Part shown: in pieces, positions 61,401-64,000 of the stretch | Layout: each line of letters begins with the position of its first letter | Position numbering within the stretch: the stretch's first letter is position 1 | Virus record (IMG/VR): IMGVR_UViG_3300033145_003233 | Location: 434,001 to 498,000 of that record | Direction: 5' to 3' (one strand) | DNA: 64,000 nucleotides | The notes under the pieces: generated by a model | Database searches by the model: none | Seen by the model: only the letters and a program-made list of their open reading frames with translations | Told to the model about the DNA's origin: nothing | Translations under genes and position numbers: made by a program

Positions 61401-64000
61401 GAGCGCCCGTTAGTATAGCGTCCATAGTCTCTGGTATTGCATCTTTATATTCTATTGACTGAGTGAACTCATCAATAGCCCCCTCTAAGAACAAACTTAC
61501 CTCTCTAGGAAGAGTTCTATAATCACCATATTGAGTAAACGAATCTATAACCTTCCTAACTACAACATCTATTTTATTCTCTGGTATATCTGCATAAGAA
61601 AAATATTGCTCGAATTGTGTAATAACTTCTTTGATAGAAGCTGGGATTATCTTGTCAGGAAGCTCAGTGTATCTAAGATGTTGATTATATAACTCAATCG
61701 CCCCCTGTATAAAAGCAGGGACTCTATATTTGGGAAGCTGCTCATATTTCATGTGCTGAACAAAACTTGATTTAGCATCTCTAACAAAAGTTAATATTTC
61801 TTCTGGAATATCTTGGATATATACAGCTTCTTGCTTGGTGAATTTTTTAACATTCTCTACAGCCATCGTTATTTTATCAGATATCTCCGTCTGATAATCA
61901 GCATGTTGTATCATAGATGAAATAACATCGCTAATAAAGAAATCAACTTCTATTGGGAAGTCTTTATATCTGGACTCCTGCTTATATTCTTGTATCACTC
62001 CTTTTATCGTAGCAGACACATCTTCAGGAGGTATCTCTTTATATTTAACCAATTGATTTATATCATTTATGAATCCGCTAATAAAAGAAGGTATATTTTC
62101 TTCTGGCAAATCAGAATAAACTAGTCTCTGCTGATAAAATCTTAGCGTGTCTTTAACAAAAGTGCGTATTTTCTCAGATGGCATCAACGGATAAACTGCT
62201 CTTTGAGTTATAGATTCCATCAAATCAGTTACAAAGAGTTGGACTTCATCTGACACAGGCTTGTATTCAGCCTTCTGTTTGAAATCTCTTATAATATTAA
62301 TTATTTCTGCATGAACCTTCTCATGTGGGAATTGCTCATCGTCATATTCAACATACTGTTTTAATCTATCTATTGCCCCACTCATATACCCAGGAATTTC
62401 TTCTGGAGGAACCTCTCCGTAAACTACCTTCTGATTCCAAGAATTAATAATATTAGTTAACCATGCATTAGCCTTAGCCGGAGGCTTAATAGGATAATAA
62501 GCAGTTTGGGTAAAATCTGCCATAACATCCCTCACAAAGAATTGAACCTCTTGAGAAATTTTTTCTGGATATTGAGCCTCCTGTCTATAAGATTCTATAA
62601 ATTTATCAACCTCCATATTGACTTTCTCTGGAGGGATAACAGTATAAGAAGCATATTGTTTTATATTATTAATAAAATCTGTGACATACGTTGGGATCTG
62701 AGCAGGTGGTAAATCTTTATATTCCATAGATTGAGCATAAGAAGTTATAGCTCTTTTTATAAAAGCAGGTATCTTTTCAGATGGCAAGGTAGTATAAGAA
62801 ACATATTGTAAAATAGATTCTTTTACCCCCTGCACCTCTCCACTTATTTGCTTAGGAATTTCATCTCCATAAAGAGTATATTGTATAAATGAGTCCTTAA
62901 TACCCCTAAGCATAACAGGGATTTTAGAAGGCGGAATATTAACATGCTCTAGATGTGGTCTAAACTTATTGATAATATTATCATACTGAACCTCTACCTC
63001 TTCCGGCATTTTTGTAACTTCTACAATATTCCTTGTAATCCTATCTTTAGCAGCAGTTTCTCCGCTATATGCCAAAAATAAATCATCCGTATTTAATCCG
63101 AATTCAATTACTTCTCTTTTTACAGCATCTACCCCAGATGTAATCCCCTCATAATTAATCAATAACTCTTCTAGAGACAATCCCTTATCGGTGGCATACC
63201 TTTGCAAAACTTTTGTATAACCCACAATAATCTCTTCAACCCTTTTAGGAGGTTGCTCTGTTAGTTCTGCCACCCTATATATTTCAGAAACAAATCCAGA
63301 AAATATCTCTGGAACCTTCTTAGAAGGTAAACCAACTTCATCAGCAAATCTTTTAATTTCTCTAGTAAAACCAGAATAACGAGTAATAACTTCCAGTGGA
63401 GGAAGATTTTGCTCTTTAGCCACTCTCATTATCTCTTTTGTGAAACCAGTATAATAAGTCAGAACCTTTTCTGGCGGTAAATTATATTCCTTAGAAATCC
63501 TAATAATTTCTTTAGTAATATTCTGATAATAGATTTTTAACGGATCTTTTACTATTTTTTCTTCTACTGCTCCCTCAATGCCATCCATTGATACTGCCAT
63601 GCCCTGAAATAATACTCTCATAAATCTAGCTTGCTGTTTAACTTCGTCTGTAATGTTCTTTTTAAATTGAGCTTCTTTTCTTTGCGAAGAAGAAATATCT
63701 CCCTGAATTTCTCTCTGACCAGCAAGTTGAGATTGTGCTAAAAATAATGCCTTTTTTCTATGAGCCACAATCTCTGTTTCAAGTTCAACTGCCTTAGATC
63801 TCCATTTGAAAGAATCTGCACCAGCTGTCCCTAATACTCTCATGCGCTCATTTAGAGTAGTTAACATGCCCTCTTTTAATGTTGCCGCTTTCAACTCATC
63901 GTATGCCATTATCTCTCTGGTTCGAGATATTAATTCTTGCATACGAACTTGATCGATAACTTCTACGCCAATCTTTTGAATAGCTTTAAAATATTTCTCC
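52468..64000 (-). CDS. Giant repeat-rich protein, tape-measure-like, 5'-truncated (>3843 aa)
   Basis: The frame stays open from track ATG 63942 to the window edge (EKYFKAIQKIGVEVIDQVR-MQEL). It is largely helical with coiled-coil stretches, has a TMP-like C-terminal tail (TVTVVLENARFDINISG...), and lies directly upstream of the tail-tip-like genes. Confidence 0.6.
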   Translation of the reverse strand, partial: EKYFKAIQKIGVEVIDQVRMQELISRTREIMAYDELKAATLKEGMLTTLNERMRVLGTAGADSFKWRSKAVELETEIVAHRKKALFLAQSQLAGQREIQGDISSSQRKEAQFKKNITDEVKQQARFMRVLFQGMAVSMDGIEGAVEEKIVKDPLKIYYQNITKEIIRISKEYNLPPEKVLTYYTGFTKEIMRVAKEQNLPPLEVITRYSGFTREIKRFADEVGLPSKKVPEIFSGFVSEIYRVAELTEQPPKRVEEIIVGYTKVLQRYATDKGLSLEELLINYEGITSGVDAVKREVIEFGLNTDDLFLAYSGETAAKDRITRNIVEVTKMPEEVEVQYDNIINKFRPHLEHVNIPPSKIPVMLRGIKDSFIQYTLYGDEIPKQISGEVQGVKESILQYVSYTTLPSEKIPAFIKRAITSYAQSMEYKDLPPAQIPTYVTDFINNIKQYASYTVIPPEKVNMEVDKFIESYRQEAQYPEKISQEVQFFVRDVMADFTQTAYYPIKPPAKANAWLTNIINSWNQKVVYGEVPPEEIPGYMSGAIDRLKQYVEYDDEQFPHEKVHAEIINIIRDFKQKAEYKPVSDEVQLFVTDLMESITQRAVYPLMPSEKIRTFVKDTLRFYQQRLVYSDLPEENIPSFISGFINDINQLVKYKEIPPEDVSATIKGVIQEYKQESRYKDFPIEVDFFISDVISSMIQHADYQTEISDKITMAVENVKKFTKQEAVYIQDIPEEILTFVRDAKSSFVQHMKYEQLPKYRVPAFIQGAIELYNQHLRYTELPDKIIPASIKEVITQFEQYFSYADIPENKIDVVVRKVIDSFTQYGDYRTLPREVSLFLEGAIDEFTQSIEYKDAIPETMDAILTGAQKSFVQNILYSELPDSQIPGFVKQYLKYLRQSVIYRELPPRSVVGVMHNFETAFDQWAIYQEDVPKEVQAFIRGSKAAFVQRVTYEDFPPEIIKGIIKDSMSALRQVVDYREVPPRNIPASIRNVMEDLTQYATYEDVPKTRFEVILRRLKESFTQYAMYPDLPKEAQIFLDGSIEAFAQRATYLKLPEEEVPGLISDYIKSFVQHIYYDEIPPENIPAYIQEIIKEFRSTVQYQDLPPERVETFVENYVSSFRQEAVYKEAPPIYLHTKIYDAIDSFNQFVKYGILPPEEVAMKLSGWRDQFVSKIVEENIPPEKSALIFTGWRDILKSELEIEENPFDVLVKVFSRVEEATTDVAIRLQQSINAAASNLGIRSDQFVMDYSPIYKIIEDISDSADVSIDSVFDTFRQLNDIILSVGIPDVDAGSIKKVQATLIRQSSAIFESINKQIEALDNVDIQVIFDALPDVVSMLAKSEPEKDVDLDISKFPDEIKAKLLGIPDAEILLTGIAETIKVPVKQGDISGLEVVAYYEVAEQFVKIPTIVEGEVKPSILQFPEQDVYNLFTELNNLITSVYVPKVDPQRIRAIEDTLRKQSAEIFRSIEQQIEGLNDEQVRVIFKALPEVVSMMVESEPTPLVKLDISSFPDGIAADLQDIPRAEIKLTEIARIIRVPVEEGDLSGVEVKAYYDIAEQIIKLPTQIEGDIKPSVLQFPEDDVVALFNRLNTLITSVYVPKVDPAHLAKVQDTFKKHSSAIFESLHEEIDGLKDTDVKVIFEALPTIISMMAKSEDPTKPVELDISNFPDEVRAKLEKIEEPMVKLEGIAKSIQIPARQNFSDLEIEAFYNIAEQVVDMPVVVQGQVDPTVLRFPEEDVMRIFERLNYVIASTYVPKVNLEEVKNIQETIKEQSSIIFKSIKDQIETLDDSDVEVLFRALPHTIAMTAKTPLTDPILLDISSFPGELPVELAEVPPVKTALTDIAETVRIPIVEGEMRGLEVTAYYKLLQEVIKIPAKVEGDIRIPILQFSDDDVYNLFNKLDTAISSIEIRDVDPDSIKKVQATLFKQSTAIFGSIEKQIQGLNNLEIDVLYEALPSVVSMLAESKPEQIVDLDISKLPGTIEGRLEKMPDAVFALTEIAKTIKVPVKDGNLRDIEAEAYYDVAELIVAMPTKVRGEPSAAVLRFPDKIEKVLLKTKVIEKPEEAHVIIKSLEDVYKVTADIRIPDMLPVVARNLGYDSEIEFESDFSPVFNSIKEMSMATGRSVDEIFDAMKSWPNKIDNIFSDFNIDERRIDKIKRASEIKMEDIYISLGKAFSHNIMAINEINPQLNKVVDKVFEKTFDDISSEDRQIIIKSIPEVLELYGDPENIERKVKTVVEDAPEKIGLRAIDVPTVTAILSQVPREVALDLDKQNLRGLEAEAYVKNLVTEFSILADWSKLPTEVVFKLPQVLDSILLNAQLPQEVDVSTILDLTEEAYHVVGDVEGTDRRPSVLITNVDKVFEVELPTPDLTKELNMMATSMNISTTKLLTDFGGLNRKITDISLATSQPFDDVLARAIRFSSSLDDRLKRVGKSWGLDDTQIIKIKEAAVDSAQRISNVLKTKFEGLADITLPNNVSALELIAKNVPEFIELTAKDEFDKKYRYDILLQGMPEEVTMQGVTKRIPRVEFEVEELSDAILVPIDDRELDWKGVKAYVEAIKLLYRKEDVTIGEPPELAVLFNMDKMNVPAEKATAVLGNLQKFYEKIKEVDIEITDTPTIILQNIAKSYVQPDVQTPVGEMTDLLDSLAESMMIVDASDKAKFVNSFDELNTAASNMSLKMGISISDIADLYNKFAGEKAPELNVDFGKIVKDSFADIKLPREKFDDFKEQMVFSASKILSSISGQIQDGLPPDIVTVIIKEMPHLFTAAVDVKNRPERAEIVLKDVEKYLEYEAGTEINTSSIKDIFDSISQAIYEPVGKLGLVETRIDEYKNRVLDLVEKTLLGINAENIGVIGKTAKYILNFSEVDKLINETISELRVDFEEIIDPDKIDKGVLMSSLIKFHQDFETYIRSPQKMLSAIHIPEGVESIDIGLPMDKLARLFPNIEVEINEATRALNLDKQQFVKYFSEFYRSVNDFSEETGVSISNFLESIIGTATSAEEIVEGVGKVPVITLDIGKKNYDRIYNELKSIVDAMEIETKDVRFKDLLVNFGNVYSSTRDIVANTQAFINKAEKTSSFLQELSIDGILSKEEINRIREGIYTSPDFDFDQMNGAIDRLGEFGKTVQEATNNVSDMKNVYDGLKGSGSMSIKEIRVAHGVVAKAQKDLGIAQEDFDDELGNIISRFLSQYKKSASEQKGSVMALASVQLEQEVSKSAGRKFAMGREEEIIAEGGKPGLVASGLSTEYLDKAKEIQAPYERKTREIQDVDKVIETKNREMTHLENILYAPDTGIITLEGKLDLTGKSEAARQKVRDEGAKIAAQIQTLREQADKVALMIREEPREEKEIEKYEGVPPGFTIGAPSLKAIRRKKIKTQREKKTPSYMYLQAFKQYEESGSDEDEGVLVRMERETGVGVGKEWSREVHAKTIKEGEASGDIIKNLSDELIADAAANREQWEKNRRVYDSKIEGLKDQPPFQYAQAAEAGRDDTKRKLETVYSEREGLFAQRSRLQIEQEKIGRTEVATMPAPQTIIVPSEDTARIAVVPPEAPAAPGAVREVEGYVDWEKRREREQEKIVAKRGVGPKVSRRRGARGREAGEGRRTRLDIMMGREYQPRPSRSERRMEHRLSRDDGRRGGGRTIRPTRRMPPRIGEEEEFGRWEQLMPPKMFGLLRSGEAMPGEREAPQEVKVAVGREAPQEVKVAVGREAPQEVKVAVGREAPQEVKVAIEREALQEVKVGADLVGRPGREGVTSEVSARGQQLLIPTESVYGTDPTKPVFSEAEKGLISAPTSANTVTVVLENARFDINISGLNDLSTKVAKGINTALHEAVPGMMSETLGTYSA
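52793..52960 (-). repeat. 36-bp in-frame tandem repeat, 4.7 copies, encoding (REAPQEVKVAVG)n
   Basis: Unit TTAACTTCTTGAGGAGCTTCTCTCCCAACAGCTACC starts at 52793, 52829, 52865, 52901 and 52937. The three central copies are identical. Confidence 0.97.
57856..60195 (-). repeat. Five tandem ~156-aa (468-bp) repeats in the giant protein
   Basis: Units run from VxxLFxxLN...S.YVPKVDP to ...GLEVxAYY...VLQFPEDD. The span is 2340 bp, equal to 5 x 468. Confidence 0.92.
60420..63528 (-). repeat. About 40 tandem 25-aa repeats in the giant protein
   Basis: Consensus QxxxYxxLPPExIPxFIxxxIxxFx, about 32 copies from 62883 downward. It is preceded by about 8 YxGFxxEIxRxxxExxLPxxxV copies with roughly the same period. 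Confidence 0.9.

Larger units (their letters stand above)
1..64000. mobile_element. Segment of a large (jumbo-type) tailed bacteriophage genome or related virion-forming element: tail/adhesion module plus accessory nuclease cassette
   Basis: About 59 kb of co-oriented, gap-free giant structural-type genes in the order tape-measure-like, hub-like, fibres/adhesins. No housekeeping genes. A free-standing endonuclease is present. A consensus sigma70 promoter and AGGAG-type SD sites point to a bacterial host. Capsid, terminase and sheath genes are not in the window. Confidence 0.75.

Noticed and set aside
1506-62712. The many 60-113 aa plus-strand and off-frame minus-strand ORFs in the track
   Set aside because: All are nested in long CDSs, low in complexity and without recognisable motifs; expected shadows in AT-rich, strand-biased DNA.
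63940-63942. ATG 63942 as the true start of the giant protein
   Set aside because: The frame is open to position 64000 with no stop and no convincing SD at a suitable distance, so the gene probably begins outside the window.
5143-64000. Diversity-generating retroelement acting on the adhesins
   Set aside because: No reverse transcriptase and no near-identical TR/VR pair differing at adenines was noticed. One elsewhere in the genome cannot be excluded.
1-64000. Borg or archaeal extrachromosomal element
   Set aside because: The in-frame perfect repeat and single-strand coding are suggestive, but there is only one such repeat. The perfect TTGACA-17-TATAAT promoter and the TMP-hub-fibre order favour a bacterial phage. 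Not fully excluded.
1-64000. Alternative genetic code (stop-codon recoding)
   Set aside because: Very long ORFs tile the window under the standard code, and TAG and TAA act as real stops at tight gene junctions.
1-64000. tRNA, rRNA, integrase, transposase or intein
   Set aside because: Intergenic gaps are too short for RNA genes and no such motifs were seen in the translations.

Overview
This AT-rich window (roughly 30-33% GC by eye) is best read as part of a very large bacteriophage genome, or a related virion-forming element. No capsid, terminase, sheath or integrase gene lies in the window, so the call rests on gene order and domain content; family names come from motif recognition, and no database search was run. 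Right part (5143-64000, all minus strand): 17 tightly packed genes forming one tail/adhesion module. In transcription order these are a 5'-truncated giant repeat protein (>3843 aa, tape-measure-like), two large tail-tip/hub-like proteins, a fibre-like protein, a GT4 glycosyltransferase, and a run of acidic multi-domain proteins built from FN3, Ig-like, LamG/ConA, FG-GAP, Kelch, Asp-box and other beta-propeller modules. Left part (1-5135): a small accessory cassette. It has a 49-aa ribbon-helix-helix gene missed by the ORF track (the only credible plus-strand gene), a 33-bp palindrome overlapping a promoter, a zinc-ribbon/EDxHD-type endonuclease and a DUF4238 gene. It also has a perfect sigma70 promoter driving a PD-(D/E)XK nuclease plus an SF2 helicase (helicase also missing from the track). 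Most striking observations: (i) a vWA/MIDAS domain apparently split between two adjacent genes; (ii) repeated nested domain insertion, where domains intact in one gene are interrupted by propellers or FN3 arrays in a paralogue; (iii) a three-tier repeat hierarchy (25 aa, 156 aa, 12 aa) in the giant protein; (iv) a glycosyltransferase coupled into the virion operon.
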